From NCBI GenBank assembly GCA_047967505.1, contig CM106538.1: a stretch of DNA of 64,000 bases; one strand, 5' to 3'. Source of the DNA: Dipteris shenzhenensis. Its lineage: Eukaryota. The position numbers and the translations under genes were made by a program. Shown here one piece after another: positions 27,351 to 39,944 of the stretch. A model generated the notes under the pieces. It had not been told where the DNA came from and searched no databases. It saw nothing but the letters and a program-made list of their open reading frames with translations. Every line of letters starts with the position of its first letter. Within the stretch, counting starts at the first letter, position 1.

Positions 27351-29384
27351 GAAAATAGTGATGGAACTGAGTGATGAGGGAATCGATGGAGGAGGAGGAG
27401 CAGGAGGACATAAACTTGATGTTTAGATTGTAGTGGAAGGGGGTAGGAAATTGTTAGATTTCTGGGCAAATTTTGCAAGAGTTCTAGGGCAACTACTATG
27501 GCGATGACCTGGAGCGGTAAGCCTGCTTATATAGATTTCCTATCCCCTGGATCGGCGGGATACAGGTATGGCAGTGGTCGGTGCTAAAAATCGATGGCAC
27601 GGTAGTTGGTGGGATGTGGCCAAGGCCACGACTGGCATGATACAAGATGAAGACAGGTGGTGCGATCTACAATGGCGACCAGCGGTGGTGTCTTTCCTTG
27701 ATGTCGATCGGTGGAATGTTGGGATCGCAACGGTCGATGGGATACTTCTAATGCGACGATTGGCATGATTTGTCAATGGCAATGGTCGGCAAGATGTTGG
27801 GATCATGACAGTCAGCACAGTACTTCGTTGGTGACAGTCAGCGGGATGTTGGGATCACGATAGTCGGTGAGTAGCCATTATGGCAACGACCCGACGGGGT
27901 ACTTGATTGTGTAAAAGAGAAAAAGAAAGAAAGAGTGGTGTGGGGGGGGGGGGAAAGGGTAATTGAGCAGAGTGCACTTGTGCAATGCGGACATGATAAT
28001 GAGTTCAGCATGCAAGATCATGAACACATGCAAAAATGCAAAAATGGATTCTAATCACCTGCTGCTAACCATGTGTATGCGTGTAGTGTGTTCGGTAGGG
28101 ACTAGTGGGCTATGGGTGTGTCGGGTGAGATGCAATGATTATGATGAATGCGGTGAAGGTGGGCATTATACTACGGCATAGCATCATGTAAGGAGCCATG
28201 TAGAGTACGTGTCCAACTTATTCTTTACCTTAGATGCCAGGGGCACATTTGTGTCAGACTTCGTTGTTGCCGCATGGTCCGTCTTCTTGGGAGAAGTGAC
28301 CTTTTGTGAGTCTGCCCGTGGGGCTGACCCTTGCTGTCGTGAGTAGGACGGTACCATTGGAGGGGGTACATTTGCCACCATTACCTTCAAGTGTTCGCTG
28401 CCAAAGGGAGGTTCTTATGTAACTCTTCATGGGGGGAATTTGGTTCCTGCGGAGTTCCTCGGCTGGTTGTGGTGATACTTGTGTTGAGTTGGACCACCTG
28501 TGGCACTAGTGCGTATTGGTACCTTGAAGCTAGCCTACTTTGTTTGGTGTATCAGTAGGTTCTTGTGGTACTGTACCTTGGGAAGACAGGTTCTTGTGGT
28601 GCTGCCTTCGATGCCTTTAGGGTTTGCACTGTCGACTTTTGGACCCAAGCGACTTTCTTGCCGTGGCCCTCAAGCGGGTGGTGTTGATCGAATTGTTGGC
28701 AATGAAAACTGAAAATTGAAATACCTTGTAACTTGTTGAATTTAGAAACTATGTTATGATTAGGGAAATTGCTAAGGAGTTATTTTCTTGGATTCCCGAT
28801 TAGAGATTCAGCTAGAATTTATGATCTTGGATTCTCGATTAGAAATGCAGCTAGAGTAATTAGATGGAATTCTTCTTGGTCGGTGATTCTCTTCGCTACA
28901 CCCTTAAGCATTAACATGAATGAAAATACAGTCATGATGAAACAATGGCTGCTATGGGCCTTTCAAAGCTCTGACGAAGAATCTTGAGTAGCGGAGATTT
29001 ACCTTTGACAGTGCAAGCCATTTTTTGGTATCATCTGCAAAATTCTTGAGAACCCCCTGTTTGTAATGGGAGAGTATTTTGATAGCAGTACCTCCTTTGA
29101 CCTCCTCATGTTAAGGTGTAACACTACTCTCTTTCCTTGTTGTGATGGCTTTAAGCCTTGCCTCAAGGGTACTATTTGCGAAAAAGTAGGTGAAAGAGAA
29201 TTTTCTCTCAGCTAACTAGCTACAACTCCCCTCTTGAGGGTTTAATTAACCCACACACATTTAGTGTGAGGAAAGAAATAGGCTTACTCACCAATTTCTT
29301 TTGCTCCTTTTTGACCTCGGGGTTGGGGCTCTTAGCATGGGCTGAGGCTTCTTTGACCTGGGGTAATATCCTCTTATTTTGTAT

Positions 29385-29618
29385 CTGGGGGGTGCACTAT
29401 TAAGAAACCTAGATACCATGTGCATTCAAGGTGTATTTTAAAAACCCCTTACCTGTGAATTTTTCTTGGATAAAAATACCCCTTTTTCTATACAAATTCA
29501 AATTAAAAATCCCATATGTAAATACATTTTTCTAAATTCCCCTAAAGTTTTTGAATTGAAAGCCCCTCCATTTGAACCCATGTTTTATAGATACATATTT
29601 CTAGGTGAATCCCCAGGG
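29385..29618. mobile_element. Degenerate MITE of the same family
   Basis: Ends CTGGGGGGTGCACT...AGGTGAATCCCCAGGG; internal ATGTGCATTCAAG shared with other copies; TSD not recognisable. Confidence 0.6.
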
Positions 29619-31183
29619 ATTCCATATGACTACCAGAGCTTTTCCCTGCATAGTCATGTCTTTCTCAAATTGAGGAGGTACAGGAAGGTCTTATTTTGAG
29701 TCATATTCATTATCCCATGTCAACATCTCATCTGTCTTAGTAATGTCTTCTTCAAACTCTTTAGACCAAGCACTCTCAACCTCCTCCTTGGGATTCTCAA
29801 GCATTTTCTCCTCTAGGTCTTGATCCACAGGATTTTTCGAAACAATAGAAGGCTCTCCTTTTCTTTCGAAATTCTCCTTTTTGCCAATACTTGGAGTAGA
29901 CTGATCTTTTGGGATATTGGTATGCAAGTTGTCTGGTTTTGAGAGGTTTTGCATGTGGGGTGTCAACCTTAGAATCCACCTTTCATTAGGATTTGTGGGA
30001 GGAGATGCAGGAGAAAGCTTGTGGCTTTGGCCTTCTTAAGAGGACAATTGTTAACTAGGTGGCTTGCAAGGCCACATAGAAACAAGAATTAGGGAAGTTC
30101 TTGTAAACAAGAGATTGCTCTCTAAAACTTCCCCTCTCCTGTTAAGTAGGAAAAGAGTGTTGGGTTACAATTCTTTAGCTAAATCAAGCTTAACTTAGAC
30201 TTGAGGATTACTATGGGGATTAATGACTATTTTCTATCTACCCTCACAATTTCCCCTAGCCAACTATAGAGAGAATTCGCTTTTGATAGCACAGAAGATT
30301 GGGTCAGTCTACCCACACTAGAAGTTTGGTTGACAAAGATCGTCTAGGCTAACCTTGGTCTCCAAGCCTCTAGGTACAAGGGCTAGTTCACTGAAGTAGA
30401 ACTTGGGCATAGAATTGCAAACTCAAGGGGATTTGGGCACTTGCCCATGTGAGTGGAAGCTTGGCTGCAGTTCCCAAGGGGTTTTGGGTGCTCGCCCATG
30501 TGAGTGGCTACCCACATCCACCTGCAACGTTTTTGAAAGCTGCAACCAAGGTTCCAATGCATGGGACTAAATCTACTACTCAGATTCATCCAATAATTCT
30601 CCATGATCAGTAACAACTGAGATAGTTTTACTTCAACCAGTACAGCTATTCGTTCATGAAGACTTATCGCCTTGGTTCTAAATGATTCATGGACTCTCTA
30701 GTGTTCATTGTCCTCCTCTTGAGGCTCCTTCTGAGGCTCCTCTTGAGGAGGCTAGTTTTCTTGGTGTTGGTCTTCTATTGCCGGTATTTTTGGAACTCTA
30801 TGCACCACCCTCTTCGGTCTCTATTCTTTAGCTTTCTCCTCCCTTCGTATCCTGAGTTCTCTATTGTCGATGGTATAACAACTATTGAAATTGGTTTACC
30901 TTTGCAGAAGGGTATTCTAAAAGAACCTCCTTCTGATTTTTGTATTGTGCTCACATAAAAGGCGTGAGATTTAGTACCTTGTAGAGCCAACCCTGATGCA
31001 TGTTCTTTGGGGTTCTCAGCATCACCACCAAATCTTGGGTATCCATGACCCATAGAGGCTCCACCACATCCTGCAAAAGAGTCTCCTCTTCTAATACTTC
31101 TCCTTGACACTACAAGGCATAGGTCCTTTTCCGACAAAAATACCGACGCTTTTTACATTAAAAATTTTTTTTTTAACGGGCGC

Positions 31184-32172
31184 TATTAGCTAGAAAAGAA
31201 ATCAGGACAAGAGGCTAGACACTAAGCATGGCGACGCTCAAGGGCCATACAGCAAAGGAGAACATGAGGGCGAAACATCATCATGGGAGGGGAAATGGGA
31301 TCAGAAGGGGAGGGAATGAAGAGGGAGACTATGGCACAAGGGGAAAGGAAGAGGGGGGAGAGAAGCATGTACATGATGGGAGGAGGAATGTAAAGATGGA
31401 GACATCAAGGGAAGAGGGCCATGCTTTATTTGAAAGGAAGGGAAGGGGGAAATCAAAGTACTAGCTAGGTGGCTTTACAAGAATGAGCGTGTCTCATCAA
31501 GGAATAGCCCCCTAATTTTATAGCCAAGAGAGGGGGTCTCTCCCAATAATTGCATCCTCCCACATGCATGGTGTGTGTGAAAAAGTCTCCCATGTGGGCT
31601 AGGCAGTTACGCACTCTCAATTGTGTGCGACAACCCTTTGCCTCATTTTTCCACATAAATCAAGCCCCATATCTCAAGTCTATGATACTCCCTTGGTCTC
31701 TCCTTAATTTTATAATACGTTCAAACCTCTAGGAGGACAAGTGGAGGGTTGGCACAAGAAATCTTGCCACCTCATCCTACTTTCCACATTATTTAACTTG
31801 CATTCTTGGACCTTCTATACCTCCCCCACACGGGCCTATCCTACATGAAGGGAATAATCCAATATGATATCCATCTCCACCTATATTATATTACTTCTCC
31901 CATGGACTTTGGGCCATATCTGACTAAATGCAGCCTAGGTGGAGGGGTGGCACATGGAGGAGCCATGCCACCTTACATTTTATAATATTACTACCATGGA
32001 TTATGTACATCACACCTTATGGGTCCTCTTATGTGGAAGGGTGGCACATGGTCATGCCCTGCCACCTCAACCCTGGGCCCTATGCACACCATATTTTATT
32101 ATACTATTGCCACACATACAAGCACACACACATATTTATGCCTTTTTTCCTTAGACAAATTTATCCATAACA
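31184..32172 (-). repeat. 3' LTR (~989 bp)
   Basis: On - strand starts TGTTATGG just after a G8 polypurine tract (32176-32183) and ends ...CTAATA where CACTA sequence resumes. Confidence 0.75.
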
Positions 32173-35000
32173 AATCCCCCCCCAGGCAAGGAATGCACAA
32201 TATTTCCATGCCTGGGTCCATCACGCACAAAGAAGGACTTGAGGTAGTTCTTGTTGATCACCTTCTTGCCATATGGCTCATGCAGCTCTTGAACTTGTAC
32301 AGACCCATTGCTACGTTCCTTGATGACTTTGTATGGACCGGTCCACAGTGGCAGAAACTTCTTATCCATTTGGTAGTCCAATTTGTTATCAAAGCATAGC
32401 ACAACATCCCCCTCAGCAAAGTATCTTTCCCATCCCTTGTGAATCTTAGCATCCAAGCGAGCCTTTTGTCGATTCTTTTGGATCTCTGTTTGGTGTAGTG
32501 CAAGGCGTCAAGTTTCACCTAACTTCTAAGTTGTACCAATCTGGCCTCTACATGTTCATCTTCTATCATCCTCTGTTCTTGTGCCAATCTCAATGCCGGA
32601 ATCTCTATCTCTAGTGGTAAAATTGCCTTAGTACCATACACCAACTCAAAAGGAGTGTCACTTGAAGACATTTTATGAGTGATGTTGTAAGCCCAACGGC
32701 TTTAGTGACCTTCTGATCCCACTGGCTCCTGTTCCTTGTGGCCATTTTTCCCATGGTTTTACAAAGGAGGCCATTGGTCCGCCGCTCTGTTTGACCCATG
32801 GATGCTGGATAATAGATGCTAGAAGTGCGATGATCAATACCCATGCGATTCATGAGTAACTCCACTACTTCATTTAAGAATGGACTCCCATGGTCAGAGA
32901 GACTATTTCCATGGGTGTCCCAAACCTTGTGCAGATACGTTCAAATATGAAATTTGAAACTGCCTTACCATTTGCAGATCTTCTTTCTCTCATAGCTAGT
33001 ACTTTCTGGAGGAAAGGAGAAAGTAGTCGGAAACCTGTAGATACCACCATACCATGGATCCCCAACTTCTATGGCCGCTACAAGGGTTACATCAAGGCAA
33101 TCCTCTAAATCAATCAAAGAATTCTTCAAGTTGGAACAACCCCCTTTTACAATTTTGAAAGAAAAATCATATTCTTGTAAAACTACCAACCATTTGGCCA
33201 ACCGGCCCATGGGGTTTGATGATTGAAGAACCTACTTTGCAAGACCAGTGCTAGTGAGTATAATGAAGGACTTTCCAGCCACATAATGCTTAAATTTCTC
33301 AATGCAAAATGCCAAAGACAAGGCATGCTTGTCAACCTCTGAATAGCATCTCTCAGTGTCGAGCAATTGTGTGGAGAAGCAAATCGAACGGGATACATGA
33401 ATTGATCCTCCCCTTGCTGAAGAAGAATGCCTACCAGAGTGTGCTCACCAAACCCGGGATTGATATAGAAAGTCTTTGACCAATCTGGATTGCGTAGAAT
33501 GGGTTCTGAAGCCAGAGCATTCTTGATTTGTTCAAACCCATGATCACAATCCTCATCCCAAGAGAAATCAGCCCCATCTTTTAATAGCATCGTCATGGGT
33601 CATGTCAAAGTAGCATATTGATCAATGAAGCGACGATAGTATCCTGCTAGATTAACAAATGAGCGTATCTGATGTTTGGTTGTTGGTGGGGAGAGCTTGA
33701 GGATGGCTTCTACCTTCTCGGTGTCAGGCTTGATGCACTTAGATGAGACAATATGTCCTAGTAACCTCCCTTGAGTGGCTCCTATGGTGCATTTCTCAGG
33801 GTTGAGACTGCCATTCGCATCATTGACCCTTTGGAAAGCCAACCTTCATGACGTGCCCCTTACGTGACGAGAATATACAAAAATCATCTAAAAACACCTC
33901 CAAGAAATCCCCCAAAACAGCATCTGCATAAATCTTTGAAAGGTAGTAGGAGCATTGGTGAGGCCAAATGGCATTACTTTGAATGCAAATGTCCCCCAAG
34001 GTGTGGCAAATGTGGTTTTAAGCACATCTTCTTCGGCAATTCTGATTTGATAAAACCCGAAGTAACCATCATAGAAACCATACATCTCATGACCACTTAC
34101 CTTCTCAAGAATGAGGTCTTGAAAGGGCAGAGGATGGTGATCCCTCTTGGTGGCCGCATTGAGTTTCTTATAGTCGATGCAAACCCACCACTTGTTATTT
34201 TTCTTTAGGGTGACTACCACTGGTGAAACCCATTCAATATTGTGAACCGAAACAATAAACCCAGTTTCTACAAGTTTCTGTAACTCTGAGCACAAAGCAT
34301 CAGTCTGTAGGGGCCCTAATCTCCGATACTTTTGAGCCACAGGTTTTGCATCAGGCTTTAGCTCTATCTTGTGTTCTATGGCAGTCACATGGCGAAGGTG
34401 GTGGTAGCTATTTACGAAAAGGTCAGGGAAATCTTTGAACATTTCTAGGAACTCATCTTTCTCACTTGGAGTGAGGTCTGGCTGCTACCTTTTCTATAGG
34501 TGGTGGGGTTGGAGACACCCCCATCATGTAAACTTCCTCATCTGAGAACTCCTCCCCCCCGTCTGATCCTTCCATTGATTTAGACACCAAGGATGAGAGA
34601 GTATCACTGTCTTGCTCCTCTTCTTCTTCTGGTTCCGTGGCACCTAGTTGCACCGAGATCTTCTCCTTAGAAGCACCAAAAGACATGTGTCCTATCTTCC
34701 AATAGTTGACTGCATCACTCTTTCTCAACCATGGTCTCCCGAATATGGCTAGGTAACTCCACTACATAGAAATTGACGGTGGTGATCAACCCATTGACAG
34801 TGATGGGCAAATCCTCAATGACTCCCAAGGTGGCGAGTCGTCGACCATCTACTACCTTAACTTGAGTGGAGGAATGCCTTGTGCATTTCAAATTCAATTT
34901 CTTCATGATTCGGGGCACCATGATATTACATGCAGCTCCCCTATCAACACACACACTTTTGACACGGCAATTATCTATGATGACATCTACTGTATGTGGG
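32151..35000 (-). pseudogene. Gypsy pol: protease, reverse transcriptase, degenerate RNase H, partial integrase
   Basis: PR CVDRGAACNIM; RT WVSPVVV..K..WVCIDYKKLN, DGYFGFYQI, MPFGLTNAPTTFQ, FLDD; RH region to GRLAKWLVVLQEYDF; INT RFGTPMEIVS, YYPASMGQTER, WTGPYKV. Many frameshifts; INT zinc-finger region apparently deleted. Confidence 0.92.
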
Positions 35001-35232
35001 TGCCGATCAGAGATAGAAGATACCTCTCGTACCTTTCCCTTTTTCTTGCTCTTCCTTGTTTAGATCCCTTGCTGCAACTCACGTCTCACCTTAGGGCTTA
35101 ATGCTATTAGTTGAGGGAGCATGATGCTCAAAGACCGATGAGCAAGGTCCTAAATGACCGAATAGTCCTCTTGCCCTGAGCCGATGGGAAATTTCAAGGG
35201 CGACCACTTACTCCTGTAGGATCTTTTAGTCT

Positions 35233-35950
35233 TCACTGTTGGTGGGTCTGCCATCTCAGCATCTGAGGGCTATGAGAAGGACACTTCTTCTTAGGGTAGC
35301 CTGGTCCATGGTTTGGAGAGGGGTCCGAGGTGGTACGACTTCTTTTCCCGAGGTCAAGGATCTCTACGTCAGAATCCTCAGTGCCTGATTTACTCAAAAG
35401 ATTCACCCTTGGAATATTGGGACATTCCATGCGATAATGACCTTCTGGTGGCACTCGTAGCATACAACATTAGCATGGTCTCTTGGAGGGCGGTTGGCTT
35501 GATTTCTAATGCTCACCATCTCAAGCCGAAGATCTCATTCAGGGCCTTGGCTAGCTCATTGACTCTGGGTTCTTTTGCAGGGGGGGCCTCTTTCGCTGGA
35601 GGGGTCGAGGGAGTAGAAAGGAGGGGGGCTCGTGTCGAGGTTGGGGAAATCTTTGAGGCAGAGGGTGAGAATATACACCTTGTTGAGGGTAAGCATCTAA
35701 GGGAGGACCATACATTTGAGGTGGAGGCAGTGGATACATCCTTGATGGGGGGTGGGAGTATGCCTCTGAGTTAGAAACCCCCCAGGTTGTTGTTGCAAGA
35801 ATTGAGGGGGTTGCAGATGGACAATCATCTTCTTTGAAGTGGGGTCAGACTGAACTTTATCAAACTTTTGAGCAATCTCATGTGCTAGCACCATAGTTTC
35901 TGGATTCTCCCATTTAAGCTTGAGGCGAAATTCATCACTTGCTCGTACTA
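35233..35950 (-). pseudogene. Gypsy gag, C-terminal part with zinc knuckle
   Basis: Continues in frame from 51662 once the Sola2 element is removed (GYLVV|RASDEFRLKLKWENPETMVLAHEIAQKFD); frameshifted CYEC..GHYRMEC knuckle near 35425-35465. Confidence 0.8.
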
Positions 35951-36047
35951 GGGAGGTAGCAAGCTAAGGGTGTCCACTTCCGGACCACTTTCGGGTGAGT
36001 GTGACACCCGCTCGAGTGAAAATACAAAGGTTTTGCTTTGGTCTCCA

Positions 36048-36740
36048 ATACCTCGATTAAGGTATAAGCTCCAATGAAAATCACACACGAGCACAACCGA
36101 GCCTAGCCAATACCTCGATCGAGGTACTGCGCTTTTTCACCGGACCGAGCCTCTACCTCGATCGAGGCTTGCTGGCAAGCCAGCTATACATGCCACATCT
36201 ACCTCGTTCGAGGTATCGTGGCAATCCAGCTCAACCTCGATCGAGGTCAGGTGGCATGTCCAGCATACCTCGATTGAGGTATGTGCCATCCGACAGGGCA
36301 GCCAACAGGGCAGATGACATACCTCGATCGAGGTATGCTGGACACATGACTTGGCATCCCGCTTCTGCCAACATACCACGATCGAGGTATCGTGGCATGC
36401 CAAAACCTCCATCGACGTGGATGTACCGAGATGTATGGGCATGTCACAATACCTCGATCGAGGTATCGTGGCATGGCAATACCTCGATCGAGGTAGATGT
36501 ACCGAGATGTATGGGCATGTTAAGAATACCTCGATCGAGGTATCGTGGCATGCCAACGAGATGTATGGGCATCCCAAGAATACCTCGATCGAGGTATCGT
36601 GGCATGCCAATACCTCGATCGAGGTAGATGTGCCGAGATGTATGGGCATGTGAAGAATACCTCGATCGAGGTAGCTAAACCCTAATTTTTCTTATAAAAG
36701 GAGAGCGACCCCCCTCATTCCGCATACCTCGATCGAGCTC
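36048..36740. repeat. Subterminal array of palindrome ATACCTCGATCGAGGTAT (Sola2 left end)
   Basis: More than 10 copies or variants with irregular spacers; also at 50224-50360. Confidence 0.9.
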
Positions 36741-36859
36741 TCCCTCATCCACCGATTTCGGATTTGCCGGACTTCGACGGAATTGCACGAGCGACGGAGA
36801 GCCACGAACGGACATCAACGGAGATGGACGGAGCAGGAGCGGGAGAGTCCAGGTAGGGT

Positions 36860-38190
36860 TTTTTTTTATGTAGCATTTTCTTTTTGGTAGAATTTGATTA
36901 AATTTTAGTTTATAAGAAAAATTATAAAATGCATTTTAATGTTTTTCTGAAATTTATGAATTACGAGATTTTTTATTTAAAATGTGAAAATTATTTTTTT
37001 TTTTTAAATAGAGCTTTTTTTAGTAAATAAAAAAACGTTCATATTAATAATTATAAAATATTTATAAATTTGAAATGTATTTGTAAATTTTTTTTTTAAT
37101 TTTTAAATTACGACATTTATAATTTAAAATGTGAAAATTTTAAATTTAAAAAACGTAATTTAAAATTTTAGTTTATAAGAAAAATTTTAAAATGCATTTT
37201 AATGTTTTTCTGAAATTTATGAATTACGAGATTTTTTATTTAAAATGTGAAAATTAATTTATTTTTTTTAATAGAGCTTTTTTTAGTAAATAAAAAAACG
37301 TTCATATTAATAATTACAAAATATTTATAAATTTGAAATGCATTTGTAAATTTTTTTTTTTAATTTTTAAATTACGACATTTATAATTTAAAATGTGAAA
37401 ATTTTAAATTTAAAAAACGTTTAATGAGGCATTTTTTATTCAAAATGTGAAAATGTTAAATATTTCTGTTTTTTTTATGTAGCATTTTCTTTTTGGTAGA
37501 ATTTAATTAAATTTTAGGTTAAAAGAGAAATAATAAAAAATTTCTAAATTTCAAATGCAATATAATGTTTTTTTGAAATTTATGAATTACGACATTTTTT
37601 ATTTAAAATGTGAAAATGAAATTTTTTTTTCAAAATAGAGCTTTTTTAGTAAATAAAAAAATGTTCATATTAATAATTATAAAATATTTATAAATTTGAA
37701 ATGCATTTGTAAATTTTTTTTAAATTTTTGAATTACGACATTTATAATTTAAAATGTGAAAATTTTAAATTTAAAAAACGTTTAATGAGGCATTTTTTAT
37801 TCAAAATATGAAAATGTTCTATATTTCTGTTTTTTTAATGTAGCATTTTCTTTTTGGTAGAATTTAATTAAATTTTAGTTTATAAGGAAAATTATAAAAA
37901 ATTTCTAAATTTATAATGCATTTTAATGTTTTTTTGAAATTTATAAATTACGACATTTTTTATTTAAAATGTGAAAATGAATTTTTTTTTTTTTAAATAG
38001 AGCTATTTTTATTAAATTAAAAAACGTTCATAGGAATAATTATAAAGTATTTATAAATTTGAAATGCATTTGTAATTTTATTTTTTTTTTGAATTACGAC
38101 ATTTATAATTTAAAATGTGAAAATTTTAAATTTAAAAAACGTTTAATGAGGCATTTTTTATTCAAAATGTAAAAATGTAAAAATTAGGTT
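36860..38190 (+). repeat. Very AT-rich tandem repeat (units of roughly 240-370 bp) in the first intron of the RING gene
   Basis: Recurring TTACGACATTT..TTTAAAATGTGAAAA and TGTAGCATTTTCTTTTTGGTAGAATTT. Confidence 0.85.
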
Positions 38191-38200
38191 TTTAAAAATC

Positions 38201-39944
38201 ATCTTTAGGAATGGCCACTAGTTGAGGTGGATTGCCCAACCAAAATAGGAAATGAAGATACAAGACATTTTGTATAAGACTCGCTCGACTTATCAAATTA
38301 ATACACAAACATAAACCTACTAGTCAACTATTGGAGTTGGACATTAAAGATTGACTAGTGACATGGTTGGTGACCAAAGCTTGAAGTTGACTAGACACTT
38401 TGGGACAAGCAAGTTCTTTAGAAGGAAACTAGGTTTAAGCTTGGGTAATCATCCCTAATATATTGGGAAATTACTAATGATAAATCATCCTTTAACTATT
38501 TGGCAATTAGTAAGGATCGATTCTACTAGGAAATATGTTGAAGGCATATGTCCCCTATTAGTCAATAGATTGATTAGACTAAGCATGCATGATAAGGCTA
38601 TAGCTTGGAAATGCCTAGATAGTGGCTTAGTCCAAATCTTCAATATCCCTTAAGAAGACATGAAATAGTGGCTTAGACCTTAAGAAGACATGGAATAGTT
38701 TGCAAATGTCTAATTCTTCTAAGTTATGCATAGACTCTAGCATAACTGAAAAAAGAATATTACAAGATTGAGAATATTTGGATGGGTCTTCAAGAACTCG
38801 AATATTACGGTCTGTGCCTATAAACTGTTTGAGATTCTTATGCTATCACTATGGCATGCTTTAGATCTAGCACTTTGATCATGTTTGTTGTCTAGTTCCA
38901 TAATTCATCTACTTCTCTTATATGTATAAGAAGAAAGAAATACACCATAGAGAAACTGAAAGTTTAACTAGAATACCTAACATTCATTGCACATGGGACT
39001 CTAGTGGATCTATATTCATTCCACATTCATGCTAATATATGCAAGTGTTTTGATCAACTATAGACCTAAGTTCAAATAGAGCCTGTTAATGACTGAATCT
39101 CTCCTAATCATCCCTTAATGATCATAGATAATAGTATGGGCCACTATAAGGATTGGTTAGGAGCTATTTTTGAAATGCCAAACTTTCAAATGAAGTCAAT
39201 ATTCATTGTGTTGAGGAAAATTTTGTCGGGTGGATCTAGTTGAAGAGAGAAATCCATGTTGCATAACATTTGTCTGAGTTGAGCAGCCTCAAATCGACTT
39301 AAGAGAGAGAGAACTCCATAACCTTCAAGAGTCGACATTTGAAGCATCCCATTCCATGTTGTTTGCTACATGGCAGCTCGCCATGTGGCACACATACATC
39401 CCTTTTTGCACTGTAGGGAAACCTATGACTAATGTTAACAACATTTATCTTGTCTTTTACAAATGACTAAGATGTTTTCCCAAAAAGACTTTGTAACAAT
39501 AATCACGTGAACCACCTCATAACCAAAATAGTATGGATGCTACATATCTCCTTTCCCTCGTTGAAACTATGTCACACATGGAATGTCAACCACATGCTCA
39601 AGGAATTATATGCTAGTTTCATTGTAAGCAAGGGTGGTCTCTTTCTTGCTAGTCCAACCATAGGCAACGGTGACGCTTATTACTTGAGCTCAACCAAAAT
39701 TAACATTAGTTATCATATGCAACCCTTCCCATTGCATAGGGACATCCAAGGATTTAATTTTCAAAGTTTTTGAATCCTCTTCTAGGGATCTTGTGCCCTT
39801 TGTTGTTGCTACGTATGTGGATGATCTCATTCCAAAACTATTTTTACAACTAGAAGTCAAGTGAGTCTTATACAAAATGTCTTGAACCAAGTGATGATCT
39901 ATAGGAATGGCCACTAGTTGAGGTGGATTGCCCAACCAAAATAG
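38201..39944. repeat. 1.7-kb segment bounded by 48-bp direct repeats; possible highly decayed Copia RT/RH fragment inside
   Basis: ATCT(T/A)TAGGAATGGCCACTAGTTGAGGTGGATTGCCCAACCAAAATAG at 38201-38248 and 39897-39944; weak - strand Copia-like traces (FGM..., EAAQLRQML). Confidence 0.55.

Noticed and set aside
30689-31137. ORFs flanking CACTA copy 2 (with 58684-58956) as an interrupted host gene
   Set aside because: Joining across the TGA TSD gave no clean frame or recognisable motif.
36048-36740. Palindromic repeats with spacers resembling a CRISPR array
   Set aside because: Spacers are irregular and repeat each other, there are no cas genes, and the context is a eukaryotic TE end.
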